The position numbers and the translations under genes were made by a program. This document shows, one piece after another, positions 32,128 through 42,416 of a stretch of 64,000 nt of DNA; positions within the stretch are counted from its first letter, which is position 1, and every line of letters starts with the position of its first letter. The notes under the pieces are model-generated. The model searched no databases. It was not told the DNA's origin and was given only the letters and a program-made list of their open reading frames with translations. The DNA is from Candidatus Heimdallarchaeota archaeon (GTDB taxonomy: Archaea; Asgardarchaeota; Wukongarchaeia; Wukongarchaeales; JBHIFL01), in contig JBHIFL010000005.1 in NCBI GenBank assembly GCA_046761065.1, forward strand, positions 1-64,000. The letters are read 5' to 3'.

Positions 32128-32465
32128 TGCCGAAGGAATGACTATATCGTGTGATTAGGAGAACTCTTCACGCTTGGCTCTTTGGGAAATTTCTGGCAAA
32201 TTTGATAACGTAAGTTGTTCGTTCTAGTTCGTTCCATAGTGTCAACAAAACTGGCACTTCGGTTGTCTGGATAGTGGACTAACAGATCTGCATTTGTACC
32301 ATTGGGAAATCGAACTCACTCAGAGACTAAGATTATTTAAAAAATTGTTTAATTATGAATGGTTATCCGAAATGAGTTTATTCAATCAAAATTAAAATTC
32401 CCTGTGTAAATTTACCCCTTTTCAAGTTTGACTCCTGACATTTTTCGAATTCGACTGATTAGGGA

Positions 32466-32724
32466 TGGTGGGGCCGATGGGATTCTCAAAGGGAGAGAAG
32501 CCCTCTCTATTTCTTGAACCCATGACCAGTCCCCGGTTTTCCGTGTCGGAATGACCAGCAGGTTTCTCCGAGGCTCCTTGCTCCAGAAGTTCATCATCTT
32601 CAGGATCGGCAAACCCAACTGTCAATCATCGCGCAAGGAGAGCTTCTGGAGCCTTGCGGGCTGCCATGAGCAAGGAGGGTAGTACATGGCGGCATGCCGT
32701 GCTACCTAGCTACACTACGGCCCC
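32466..32724 (-). tRNA. tRNA-Trp(CCA) with four intervening sequences: 29/30 (32654-32694), 37/38 (32564-32645), a 29-nt insert in the variable loop/T-stem region (within 32522-32558), 59/60 (32483-32512)
   Basis: Removing 41+82+29+30 nt gives a 77-nt cloverleaf: GGGGCCG/CGGCCCC, GTGT/GCAC, GCAGG-CTCCAGA-CCTGC, ATGGG-TTCAAGT-CCCAT, ACCA. Confidence 0.88.
32564..32645 (-). ncRNA. Box C/D guide RNA inside the tRNA-Trp 37/38 intron
   Basis: ATGATTGA (C-like), guide CAGTTGGGTTTG + CCGA (D'), ATGATGA (C'), guide CTTCTGGAGC antisense to the anticodon; box D degenerate. Confidence 0.75.
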
Positions 32725-33018
32725 GAATATCCAAAGGAACCTTTGGCAAATTCCCTATTGGGTATTCCTCGATTGACTTTAAAGAATTTTTGTTTTTCCC
32801 TTCTTGATGGACTATAGTTCTGTAGAGGGAGAACTATATCCAATCCACCGGGTGCATGTCCTTTCGTAAGGAACTTATTATGAAGTAGATTGCTCATCTA
32901 CGCTCCAAGAATCTTACATCTCGACAAACCGCTTCTTGTAGCGAGCTTCCCCCGCTGTTAGCTACCTCTAGAAAATCAGCCATAACACTCTTAATGAAGA
33001 GCCAATCGCGTAAAGGAT

Positions 33019-34554
33019 ATGAAAGATAAGTTTCATCGTGAAGGAGGAGTTGAAGTTTTGAGTGGAATACCGGATGAAAAAAGAACAGCATTAAATTGGA
33101 TCATAGCGAATGAGAAGAGAGTTACAGGTTTGAGCGATACCATTTGGGAGTTCGCCGAGCCAGCCCTGCGGGAGTACAAGTCAGCGAAGGCTCACTGTGA
33201 GTTCCTGCGTGAGCATGGGTTCGAGGTAGAGATGGGCATTTCAGGTATGCCTTCCGCATTTGTAGCCACTTATGGTGAAGGAAAGCCAGTTATTGCAACT
33301 TATGCGGAATATGATGCGACACCTGGAAACTCGCAAAAAGCGGTTCCGTATAAGGAGCCGGTTGTCCCCCATGCACCAGGCTTTGAAGATAAACACAATA
33401 TGCTGGGGGTGGCCGCATCGGCAGCGGCCGTCGCGGCGAAAGTTACTATGGAGGAATTTGGCCTACGAGGGACGATCAAAGTTTTTGGGACACCGGCTGA
33501 GAAGATTTGTATAGGCAAGACGTTTCTCGCGAGAGCTGGGTATTTTGATGACTTGGACGCCGTTGTGGCGACCCATCCCTGGTCGGGGAATACGGTATCC
33601 TGGGAGGATTTACCAGACGCCTACATGGCGGTCGCATTCCGGTTCCATGGGTTACAGGTCTACGGAGGGACGCCGTGGGACGGAAAGAGCGCCTTGGATG
33701 CGATAACCCTGATGAACGTCTTGGCGAACTATATGAAGGAGCATCTAATGAGGCCACCCCACTCCCTCAACGAGATCGTAAGCGTCGGTGGTCAATGCCT
33801 AACCAACCTTCCAGAGTTCACCGAAGTGTTCTACGCCTTCAGAGCGCCAAATGAAGAGGGGGTTAAACGGATTTTAGAGGTTCTAAAGGACTGTGCGGAG
33901 GCGGCGAGCAAGGTAACTGGCTGTTCATATCAATTGCGATACATGGGTGCAAGTCGAACAGGGATACCCAACCTAGTATTATCTCGGCTCGCCTTTAAGA
34001 ACATGGATCTCGTTGGCCCACCGCAATTCACGGAAGAGGAGAAGGAGTTCTGTAGGAAGATCCAAGAGAACATAGGCATGGAGCCCATGGAGGAGCCGCT
34101 GGAGGAGACCCTGATGCCTCCGGAAAAAGGGGCGATGCAGTTTGGGTCTAGAAGGCTAACTTGCGTGACGGGCTGTGACGATTTCAACGAATTCACTTGG
34201 TATGCGCCATCCACATGGGTTCACACCACCCAATGGTTCAGTAGCCCAGCAGATGTTCATCCGCCCAGCTGGTCGATGGCCGCTCTATCAGTGACAGGCG
34301 TCACCCATAAAGGGGGGCTCCTCGCCGCGAAAACAATGGCATTGACCATGGTCGATCTACTAACTACCCCTTCCGTGTTGGAGGAAGCAAAAGCCGAGTT
34401 CGAGGAGCGGTTACGGAAAAGGGGAGGAAGAGAACCCTGCTTGATCCCTCCCGAGGTGAACCCGCCCATCGACCTGGCACTTCCAGAATTCAACGGAACA
34501 GAGACAATAATACGATATCCAACCAGTGGAAAATCCCCTCTGTTCAACGTTTAG
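33019..34554 (+). CDS. M20 amidohydrolase (AbgB-like)
   Basis: EYDA.PG, HN.LG, FGTPAEK, PW.GKSALDA. Confidence 0.88.
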   Translation: MKDKFHREGGVEVLSGIPDEKRTALNWIIANEKRVTGLSDTIWEFAEPALREYKSAKAHCEFLREHGFEVEMGISGMPSAFVATYGEGKPVIATYAEYDATPGNSQKAVPYKEPVVPHAPGFEDKHNMLGVAASAAAVAAKVTMEEFGLRGTIKVFGTPAEKICIGKTFLARAGYFDDLDAVVATHPWSGNTVSWEDLPDAYMAVAFRFHGLQVYGGTPWDGKSALDAITLMNVLANYMKEHLMRPPHSLNEIVSVGGQCLTNLPEFTEVFYAFRAPNEEGVKRILEVLKDCAEAASKVTGCSYQLRYMGASRTGIPNLVLSRLAFKNMDLVGPPQFTEEEKEFCRKIQENIGMEPMEEPLEETLMPPEKGAMQFGSRRLTCVTGCDDFNEFTWYAPSTWVHTTQWFSSPADVHPPSWSMAALSVTGVTHKGGLLAAKTMALTMVDLLTTPSVLEEAKAEFEERLRKRGGREPCLIPPEVNPPIDLALPEFNGTETIIRYPTSGKSPLFNV

Positions 34555-34580
34555 ATTCCCCACTACAAAGCGGATGGTTT

Positions 34581-34865
34581 ATGTGGAGGATTATCGCAAT
34601 ACTCATTGACTGCCACAGCACTAATATGGCCAATGCAGCCGCGTACAGAGCTGAAAGCAGGGAAACCCGTACAGAGCCGCTTATCGGCTATGCAACTGGA
34701 TCGCTTTTTGCCAAGTACCTGAACCCGACACCAGTCGATAAACCGGTAGTTCTGCGAGCACGAGGCAAGGAAATGAAAGATCGAACAATCGCCGTAACCT
34801 GTTCACTCTACTCCCAAGACATGGAGTGTGCCACGGGAAAGGTTATTGCCGTGAGAATAGTATAA
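34581..34865 (+). pseudogene. PaaI/hotdog thioesterase, 5'-truncated
   Basis: IIA.LIDCHS, KYL.PTP..KP..LRAR. Confidence 0.6.
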
Positions 34866-35000
34866 ATTAACAGTTAATAGCAACGAAACCGATTCCTAGA
34901 AATAAAGCTCATTTCAGTTCTTTCGAAATAGGATATTTCTCTAACTGACCTTGTTCCACCCTCCCATAAGGGATTCATGCATGAAACAATATTGTAAAGA

Positions 35001-36065
35001 TTGGGCTTATTTTATAGCAATATGAGAAGTCTAGAGAATTCCAACATTGGAAAAGAGGGATCATCCATTCAAGCCGTGAACACCTTACAAAGCTCATCTC
35101 CCCCAAGCAAGTTGCGAGCACTCCTCAAAAAGCAAAAATACCAACTGTACAGTAAAAGCGTCGCAGTGAAGAAGTGTTTATGGACTCATAAGGCTCTTCG
35201 AGAAGAGGATATGTGCTATAAGGCAACCTATGGGATTCAAAGCCACCGATGCGTCCAAATGACCCCTGTTCCCACGGATTTATGTTCCCATCAGTGCCTT
35301 TACTGCTGGCGGGTTGAACCGAAAGATCTAGGAATCGTACCGTGGAACCCCATGGCGGTGCCTGAAGAGCTCTTTGATACCCCAGAGGTCGTATTTGAAG
35401 GCCTGCTCTGGTGTTGGAAGCGGATTATTTCCGGATACAAGTCATATATTGAAATAAATCGATATCAAGAAGCTGAAAACCCAAAACATGTTGCTTTGAG
35501 CTTGGCAGGAGAACCGACGCTCTACCCTTATCTCGGGGAGCTTCTCAACCTCATCCATACACATGGAATGACGAGTTTTCTTGTGACGAATGGGACCTTT
35601 CCTGAGCGGCTCCAGCAACTTATCGATAAGGAGACGTTTCCCACCCAGCTCTATATCACAATCCCTGCCCCAGATGAATCTACATACCGTCAAACCTGTA
35701 GACCACTGATTCGGGATGGCTGGCAGCGGCTCCAACAAAGCTTAGAGCTTGTTCGTTCGTTAGATTGTCGTACAGTTGCACGGCTGACTCTTGTGAAAGG
35801 GATAAACATGAAAAACCCCCAAGCGTTTGCAAAATTAATAGATTGCATGGATCCAGCTTTTATTGAAGTGAAAGGAGCGGTTCACGTAGGATTTGCACAA
35901 AAACGAATAAAAAAGACAGCGATGCCATATTTTGAAGACATCATTTCCTTTGCGAATGAACTACGTCGCGATCTTGGAGATTATGAGCAAATTAGCCAAA
36001 AAAGAGCGAGTCTAATCTCCATTCTCTCCAATGGAAAGCACCCGGCGCGAATCCCGGGGTTATAA
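35001..36065 (+). CDS. taw1: 4-demethylwyosine synthase Tyw1/Taw1 (radical SAM); start uncertain
   Basis: AVKKCLW, CYK..YGIQSHRCVQMTP, CxxxCxxC, HVALSLAGEP. Confidence 0.93.
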   Translation: MGLFYSNMRSLENSNIGKEGSSIQAVNTLQSSSPPSKLRALLKKQKYQLYSKSVAVKKCLWTHKALREEDMCYKATYGIQSHRCVQMTPVPTDLCSHQCLYCWRVEPKDLGIVPWNPMAVPEELFDTPEVVFEGLLWCWKRIISGYKSYIEINRYQEAENPKHVALSLAGEPTLYPYLGELLNLIHTHGMTSFLVTNGTFPERLQQLIDKETFPTQLYITIPAPDESTYRQTCRPLIRDGWQRLQQSLELVRSLDCRTVARLTLVKGINMKNPQAFAKLIDCMDPAFIEVKGAVHVGFAQKRIKKTAMPYFEDIISFANELRRDLGDYEQISQKRASLISILSNGKHPARIPGL

Positions 36066-36455
36066 CTTCGTGTTAAAATGAAGGAAATCAGCAAGCTTAT
36101 CAGAGACGCGGTTCACTAAGATGTAGAGAAGGCCGGGTTTTGCGGATTTACTTGCAAGAACAGCGATGACTGCTGATGTACCAATTTCCTGCACGACCAA
36201 GTGCCCTTGCTCCCCCTGGACAATGACTGTCTCAAGTAGGCCTTTCTGCAGTTCCTCCATGGCTTTTTCAGACACGTTATTTAATGTAGCTGTGATAGCA
36301 CTAAGAATTGCTGGGTCTATGGTACTAAAAATAGAGGCTATAGGGAGGCCTTCTTTTGTAAGGACAGCGATGCCTTCGATTTCAGGCATTTCAGCCTTGA
36401 GGTCATTTAATTGTTGCTTGATTCGCTCTGTCTCTTCGGCAGACATAAAATGCAT
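36060..36455 (-). CDS. Roadblock/LC7 domain protein
   Basis: IEGIAVLTKEGLPIAS, SAITA, EL.KG.LE..IVQGE.G. Confidence 0.9.
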   Translation of the reverse strand: MHFMSAEETERIKQQLNDLKAEMPEIEGIAVLTKEGLPIASIFSTIDPAILSAITATLNNVSEKAMEELQKGLLETVIVQGEQGHLVVQEIGTSAVIAVLASKSAKPGLLYILVNRVSDKLADFLHFNTKL

Positions 36456-36739
36456 AACAAACTTTACCTCCCAATGGAGGATTCATCGTTCCGAGAGCAT
36501 GAATCTTGGAAGGACACTCCCATAGAGCCTTCTTGCCACATATACCCATCACATATTTTAAGCTCTTCGTTTTATTATTAGCAGCTTGTACCTCTCGACC
36601 CACGGAAGTTGGCGTAAAAAAAAATTTTGCGGTTCCCAGTGAGGCGGTATTCTTTCGAATTATTTATTATAGCTGTAAAAGTTCGTAACTCAAGTCAAAA
36701 ATTCATTTTGGCATACACACAACTGAGGCGATTTATATA

Positions 36740-37378
36740 ATGATCTTTGACAACTTAATGGAGCCGATAAGAGCAGACCTTGAAGAACTTGATCGAGCTC
36801 GTGAAGAAGTCCTACGCTTGACCCGATTAATCATCCGATCTTCTGGTGAAGCCATAAAGGCCATCCATCGAAAAAATTTTCAAGTGGCAGAGGAAAAGCT
36901 TGATGCCGCACGAAAGCAGATGCAAGCGGTTTATAGTATAACAGAGAGACGCGCCGAATTACGTTTTCAGGGCTATGTGACAAGCGCAGCACAGGAATTG
37001 GGTGAAGCTGCCCTTCTTCATGCATATATCTATGAAAAAAGACTCCCATCGGCGTCGGAACTTTCAATTCATTCATACCCCTATCTTATGGCTCTTACGG
37101 ATTTTATTGGCGAGCTTCGGCGATGCATTCTTGATGATTTGAGAAAAAATGAGTTCGATCGAATTGAAATGATTCTAGAGACGATGGACGAATTAATCAC
37201 GGCCCTATTTTCTCTTGATTTTGTTGAGGGACTATTACCTGGGTTCCGAAGAAAAGTGGATTATGGGAGAATACTTGTAGAACGAACCCGAGGGGACGTA
37301 ACGAACGCTCTCCCAAGAGAACAACTCAGGAAAGAACTTCAAAGACTTTCTGATCTGCTCTCAAAACATCACAAATAA
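36740..37378 (+). CDS. Translin family protein (archaeal C3PO-like)
   Basis: DRAREE, QELGEA, YLMALTDFIGELRR, FRRKVD. Confidence 0.9.
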   Translation: MIFDNLMEPIRADLEELDRAREEVLRLTRLIIRSSGEAIKAIHRKNFQVAEEKLDAARKQMQAVYSITERRAELRFQGYVTSAAQELGEAALLHAYIYEKRLPSASELSIHSYPYLMALTDFIGELRRCILDDLRKNEFDRIEMILETMDELITALFSLDFVEGLLPGFRRKVDYGRILVERTRGDVTNALPREQLRKELQRLSDLLSKHHK

Positions 37379-37578
37379 CTATCCCATTGAATGATTTCAT
37401 TTTACTTCGATTAGAAACCCAATGTTCATTTTAAAACCGCTAAAAACAAATTCACAAGTCATAAAAGGCGAAAGCTCGCATCTAGAGATCGAAAAGCCAT
37501 AACACTTTTATGGGTAAATATACACATTTTTGTTTGGGAACAGAATTGAGAGCAAACCTAAGACCAAGAACTTTACTG

Positions 37579-38277
37579 ATGAGAAAGCAAAAGATCTTGG
37601 TCCTGCTTGAATTGGCTAAAGAAGGAGGTCTTAACGGCTTAATGATAACAAGTAAAACATTAGGACAACTTTTAGGTGTTGCGCAGCAAAGCGCCTCGCG
37701 GTATCTTGTTGCCCTTGAAAAAGATGGCCTGATTCACCGCACTGTGGTAGCTTTCGGCCAAAAGATTACTATCACACCAAAGGGAAAACAACTTCTTCAA
37801 GATCTCCATTTCGAGTTGGCAAAGGTCTTGGGTAGTTCCTTTGCGGAAATCACGTTAAAAGGAGAGATCGTTTCTGGTTTGGGGGAGGGGAGGTATTACG
37901 TCTCTTTACCGGGATATTACACTCAGATCGTAGAAAAACTCGGGTTTAACCCATTCCTCGGAACACTCAATGTAAAACTTGCAACGTTTCGTGACATTCA
38001 AAAGTTCCAACAGCTCCGATCGATTCCGGCTATCCAGCTTGAACCCTTCTCAGCAGATGAGCGTACATATGGTTATGTTGACTGTTACGTTGTCATGATC
38101 AATGATCAAGTAGAAGGAGCTATCTTGCGCTCGGAGCGAACCCATCATGGGGAGAATATCATCGAGATCATAAGCTCTATCAACCTACGGGAACATCTTG
38201 CCCTCCAAGATGGCAGCAGTGTAACTGTTCGTTATTTTGGGGGAAATATCAACCGCTTAAAGATGTCACAGAGCTAA
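37579..38277 (+). CDS. ribK: CTP-dependent riboflavin kinase with N-terminal HTH
   Basis: QQSASR.L..LE, VSGLGEG.YY, FLGTLNV, RTHH. Confidence 0.92.
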   Translation: MRKQKILVLLELAKEGGLNGLMITSKTLGQLLGVAQQSASRYLVALEKDGLIHRTVVAFGQKITITPKGKQLLQDLHFELAKVLGSSFAEITLKGEIVSGLGEGRYYVSLPGYYTQIVEKLGFNPFLGTLNVKLATFRDIQKFQQLRSIPAIQLEPFSADERTYGYVDCYVVMINDQVEGAILRSERTHHGENIIEIISSINLREHLALQDGSSVTVRYFGGNINRLKMSQS

Positions 38278-38539
38278 ATACCCTCGATCACCTTTTAACG
38301 ATCTTAAGATTGCGATTACTGCTTTGTTCCAACTTTTACAGCCAAATTAAACCGATTCGCAATAGAAAACGCCTTAATGAACAGGATATCCATCTTCGAA
38401 GATATGATACAAGAAAAGGGCATTATGATTGGATTGATTCGTCAGAAGCTCTTTTATATCTGATAGGGTACAGCGAGAATGATCAAAAGCAATCCAGTCC
38501 ACGTCAAGATCTAGAAAACGGTCAGTTGGAGAAGAAAGC

Positions 38540-39322
38540 ATGCTAACCTTTGTAGGTTTAGGATTAGACATAAAAGATTTATCTATAAAAGCTGTAGAAG
38601 AGATACATAAAGCCGATAAGGTTTTTGGGGAGGCTTACACGATTGATATTTCGGAACAGACCCGCTATGAGTTGGAACACCTCATCAAAAGGGAGATTAT
38701 CTGGCTAGATCGAAAAGACCTAGAAGATCTTGCAGATCAATTTATAATGAAAGCTAAGCACACAACGATTGCGCTCCTCGTTGGAGGAGATCCCTTTATC
38801 GCAACGACTCACCTAGCATTACGGATACGCGCCGTAGAGTTGAATATCCCCTGCCAAGTGATTCACGCGCCATCCATTTACTCGGTAGTGCCTAGTAGTA
38901 CTGGATTGTTTAGTTATAAGTTTGGTTGTTCAGCCTCCATTCCTTTCCCAGAGCAGGGAAGTCTGTCAGAAACGCCTTACCGAGTCATATCTCGCAATCA
39001 AGCAATTGGTGCACATACATTAGTCTTTTTGGATTTGAAACCAAAACAAAATAGGTATATGACTATTAAAGAGGGACTGGGAATTCTTGAAGAGTTAGAA
39101 CAAAAAAGAAGAGAAAATATGATCCAACCAAACACATTGGTGATAGGATTGGCACGGATTGGGATGGAATCCGCAGTCATTCGGGCTGATAAGCTAAAAC
39201 GAATTAAAGAACTAAGCTTTGGATCCCCCCCTCATGCAATAGTGATTCCAGGCCCCCTTCATTTTGCTGAAGCGGAAGCTTTGGTCAAGCTTTGGGGCGC
39301 ACCAACAGAAATAATTAACTGA
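38540..39322 (+). CDS. dph5: Diphthine synthase
   Basis: LTFVGLGL, E.YT, GDPF.ATTH, YKFG, HTLVFLD. Confidence 0.95.
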   Translation: MLTFVGLGLDIKDLSIKAVEEIHKADKVFGEAYTIDISEQTRYELEHLIKREIIWLDRKDLEDLADQFIMKAKHTTIALLVGGDPFIATTHLALRIRAVELNIPCQVIHAPSIYSVVPSSTGLFSYKFGCSASIPFPEQGSLSETPYRVISRNQAIGAHTLVFLDLKPKQNRYMTIKEGLGILEELEQKRRENMIQPNTLVIGLARIGMESAVIRADKLKRIKELSFGSPPHAIVIPGPLHFAEAEALVKLWGAPTEIIN

Positions 39323-39376
39323 AACCAACGATATGACAAGAAAGTTATTTGAATGGGAAAGTGTAAGGACTAGAAA

Positions 39377-39853
39377 ATGATGTCAAAAGGGCTAACAAAG
39401 GTTTGCGCATTTGGAACCTTTGATGTGCTGCATTTGGGGCATCTTCGATACCTAGAAGCAGCAAAACGCTTGGGAGGAACCCATTCCGAGCTAATCGTTG
39501 TCGTCGCACGAGACAGTTCGGTCAAAGAGATCAAAGGACGTGCTCCTGTGTTTCCCGAACAGCATAGAGTTACACTGGTCGCCGAGTTAAAACCAGTAGA
39601 TCGAGCTGTATTAGGTGATGAAGATCCAGATAAATTTAAAATCATTGAAACACTGAAACCACACATATTAGCTATAGGATATGATCAATGGGTTGATCTC
39701 AACTACTTAAGAGAAGAGTTAAATGACCGAGGACTTGAACATATCCAAATCGTTCGACTAGCCAAGTTTGAGGACGAGTTAGGCGGCAGTTCAACTTTGA
39801 TCAAGAAACGAATTGCCTCATTACATAACAAATGGAAAGAAAAATCTGATTAG
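39377..39853 (+). CDS. ribL: FAD synthase (cytidylyltransferase family)
   Basis: GTFDVLHLGH, VVVARD, IGYDQ, SST; near ribK. Confidence 0.85.
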   Translation: MMSKGLTKVCAFGTFDVLHLGHLRYLEAAKRLGGTHSELIVVVARDSSVKEIKGRAPVFPEQHRVTLVAELKPVDRAVLGDEDPDKFKIIETLKPHILAIGYDQWVDLNYLREELNDRGLEHIQIVRLAKFEDELGGSSTLIKKRIASLHNKWKEKSD

Positions 39854-40136
39854 AGTAGAGCGGATTATTTTGGAAAAGAGATCGAAAGAGAAGACGTAAA
39901 AGCAAGAAAAGCAATTATAAAGATTTAAGTAAAGATAATACTTTTCCTACTACTACTTTTCCGCTTTACCATTTCCTTGTATGAAGGTTTCTCTTACACT
40001 TTGAATATGATCGTCCGCACTATTTTAACATCAGATCCTATTATCTTTCTCATTTCAGAGGGTTTCATCCGTTTCGATAGATTTATTTGCTCACCAGTAG
40101 GTTGTTTGGGGTAGTAGGATATCCCGGCTCTACGGC

Positions 40137-40294
40137 GGGCCTGTAAGGGTTCTTATTCGTTAGGGGATGAACTCCAGGAAGCTCAGCTAGGTAGAGCGGC
40201 GGGCTCTTAACTCCTATGGGAGAGACCCGTTGGTCAGGGGTTCAACAAAATCTTAAGAGCTGCTTTGGTTTGGGAAATCCCCTCAGGCCCGCCA
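40137..40294 (+). tRNA. tRNA-Lys(CTT) with three introns: 9/10 (40146-40180), 37/38 (40210-40224), 59/60 (40247-40277)
   Basis: GGGCCTG/CAGGCCC + GCCA; GCTC/GAGC; GCGGG-CTCTTAA-CCCGT; AGGGG/CCCCT; BHB or relaxed BHB at each junction. Confidence 0.9.
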
Positions 40295-40417
40295 TCACTC
40301 CCATTTAATTTAAGCCCTTTTCTTTTTTCACGAGTAAGAATATATACTCATCAATTAAAATATTGAACAAAGTTAGTTTCCCCTGTTATAAAATAAATAA
40401 AATTGGTAGAAAGGTAT

Positions 40418-41500
40418 ATGCTGTTGGAACGAACGTGTGTTAAAGTCCTCAAAACAAACGGTGAGACAGTACGTAGATTTCTCTTAAAGGAAGGTTTACT
40501 TGACTTAAAGCTCCTGATAGAACAGCAGGGAGAGTATCTTTATCTTCCTACACATCCACTTCCAGATAAAGTGGTTAAAAAAATACATGAAAAATATAGG
40601 ACGCACATTGAAACACACCGATTCTCCACGATTCGACAAAAACCAAAAACGTTTCAGGAACTCCTCAAGGAAACGCTCCCAAAAGAGGAGTTTAGCTATC
40701 TACCCCAAGGATTTGATAGAATCGGTGACATTGCAATCGTTGGTATTAAGGACCGTCTCAAACAATTTGAGAAAGAAATAGGAATGGCTATATTAACGGC
40801 AAATTCTAGCATTAAAACGGTCTTTACAAAGGACAGTAAGGTTTTCGGGTCGCGACGATTACAAAAGCTGCGTTATATCGCGGGACAAGAAAAATACCGG
40901 ACGATCCACCGAGAGTTTGGAGTATACCTCTGTGTTGAGATTGGGAGGGTCTACTTTAGTCCACGTCTTGCACAAGAACATGTACGGATTGCCAACCAAG
41001 TCCTCCCCAACGAACTTGTGCTCGATATGTTTACTGGTGTCGGGCCCTTCGCTATTCATATTGCAAACCAGATTGAAGGAAAAATCTATGCCGTTGATAT
41101 TAATCCTACCGCTATTACTTGTCTGAAAGAAAACATGACGCTGAATAAACTTCGCGGAGAGATCATTCCCATTCTTGGAGATGTCCAAGAGATAATCAAT
41201 CGCGAGCTTCAGGGTTTATGTGATCGAGTGATCATGAATCTACCTAGTAAGGCAGCAAACTATATTCCTGCGGCTATTTCTGCTATTAAGCCGCGCGGAG
41301 GAATACTCCATTTTTATAAATTTGAAAAAGAACCGGCTTCCAAAGAGAAAGGGGTTTCTATTTTACGCGAACGTGCAAAGAAAACCAGAGCAGCAATCGA
41401 AATCCTGAGATCACACATCATAAAAGAAATTGCTCCTAGAACGTACCTTCTGGTAGTTGATGCTCGAGTTCGACCAAAATCAGAGTTAAATTCTGATTGA
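40418..41500 (+). CDS. trm5: tRNA (guanine37-N1)-methyltransferase Trm5 family
   Basis: FDRIGDIA, YFSPRL..E, DMFTGVGPF, DINP, MNLP. Confidence 0.9.
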   Translation: MLLERTCVKVLKTNGETVRRFLLKEGLLDLKLLIEQQGEYLYLPTHPLPDKVVKKIHEKYRTHIETHRFSTIRQKPKTFQELLKETLPKEEFSYLPQGFDRIGDIAIVGIKDRLKQFEKEIGMAILTANSSIKTVFTKDSKVFGSRRLQKLRYIAGQEKYRTIHREFGVYLCVEIGRVYFSPRLAQEHVRIANQVLPNELVLDMFTGVGPFAIHIANQIEGKIYAVDINPTAITCLKENMTLNKLRGEIIPILGDVQEIINRELQGLCDRVIMNLPSKAANYIPAAISAIKPRGGILHFYKFEKEPASKEKGVSILRERAKKTRAAIEILRSHIIKEIAPRTYLLVVDARVRPKSELNSD

Positions 41501-41535
41501 TAGTGCGACGAATTAAATTCCTTTGAATCATTTGA

Positions 41536-42018
41536 TCATTCAGTTCTTCTTGCAACTATTTTTATGTGTAATTGAGCTTTTTTGGCTTGAAGTTGTTGGA
41601 TTAACGCACGGTTTAAATCTAAGGCCGCTTTATTGGCATAAATTGCAAGGGTTCGAGGGCATATAAAATCGCTCTTTCGGATTACCATATCTCGTTTGTG
41701 GGAAAATGTAAGTCCTGGTCCGCCCCATGCATGGACTGTATCCCTTTCTCCTCCTGCTTCAAATGTTATCACAATTTTTGTAGTTGAAGACCTTGCTAAC
41801 TTCTTGAAAGTGGGAGAGAAGTCTACCAAGCCCTTAGTTGCTCTGACACCAATCACACAATCTGCCCTTCGGGAAATGGCCGAAGCACGTGTTATTTCAA
41901 TAGTGGAGGCATGTGTGCCAAGGATGTTCTCATGTCCCCGCGCGTTTATTGTTTCTTGATGCACAAAGGCCTTCTGAAAGGAGTTCGTATCTGCACTGTC
42001 AAATTCATGTCTTTTCAC
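41536..42018 (-). CDS. DUF371 family protein
   Basis: ARGHENI...H..T.EIT, DCVIGV, MVIRKSDF...RTL. Confidence 0.9.
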   Translation of the reverse strand: MKRHEFDSADTNSFQKAFVHQETINARGHENILGTHASTIEITRASAISRRADCVIGVRATKGLVDFSPTFKKLARSSTTKIVITFEAGGERDTVHAWGGPGLTFSHKRDMVIRKSDFICPRTLAIYANKAALDLNRALIQQLQAKKAQLHIKIVARRTE

Positions 42019-42416
42019 TGGGATTCACCACGAAATAATGGCTCATTTGTGCTTTGGGGGATCTTTAAGCTTGACAGAGCAAAGGATAGCACCTTACTGT
42101 CCCACGAGTGCTACCAAAGCAGAAGGTATGAGACTCAGATCTACAGCAGAGATTAGGTTGTCCAAATTGAAATGCTTCAGGGTATCCATGTGCATATATT
42201 CTTTAAGAACTTTCGTTTGAAAGGGAGCTGAAAACTGCAAACCCCAGTGAGAATGCAATTGTTTGCATAAGTAAAAAGGAGGGACAAGGAGATGCGCTGA
42301 AACCAGGGGAGAGCGAAATATTATTATCTCTCTGGCCGATCCGCCGTCTCCATTTTTAATGATCATTGCATCAATTCTGAGGATAGATCAGGTACGCTTT
42401 CCCATCTTATCTTTTT

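Noticed and set aside
32412-32625. Short ORFs over tRNA loci (also 44536-44797, 51420-51743, 52891-53384)
   Set aside because: They overlap intron-containing tRNA genes and have no protein motifs
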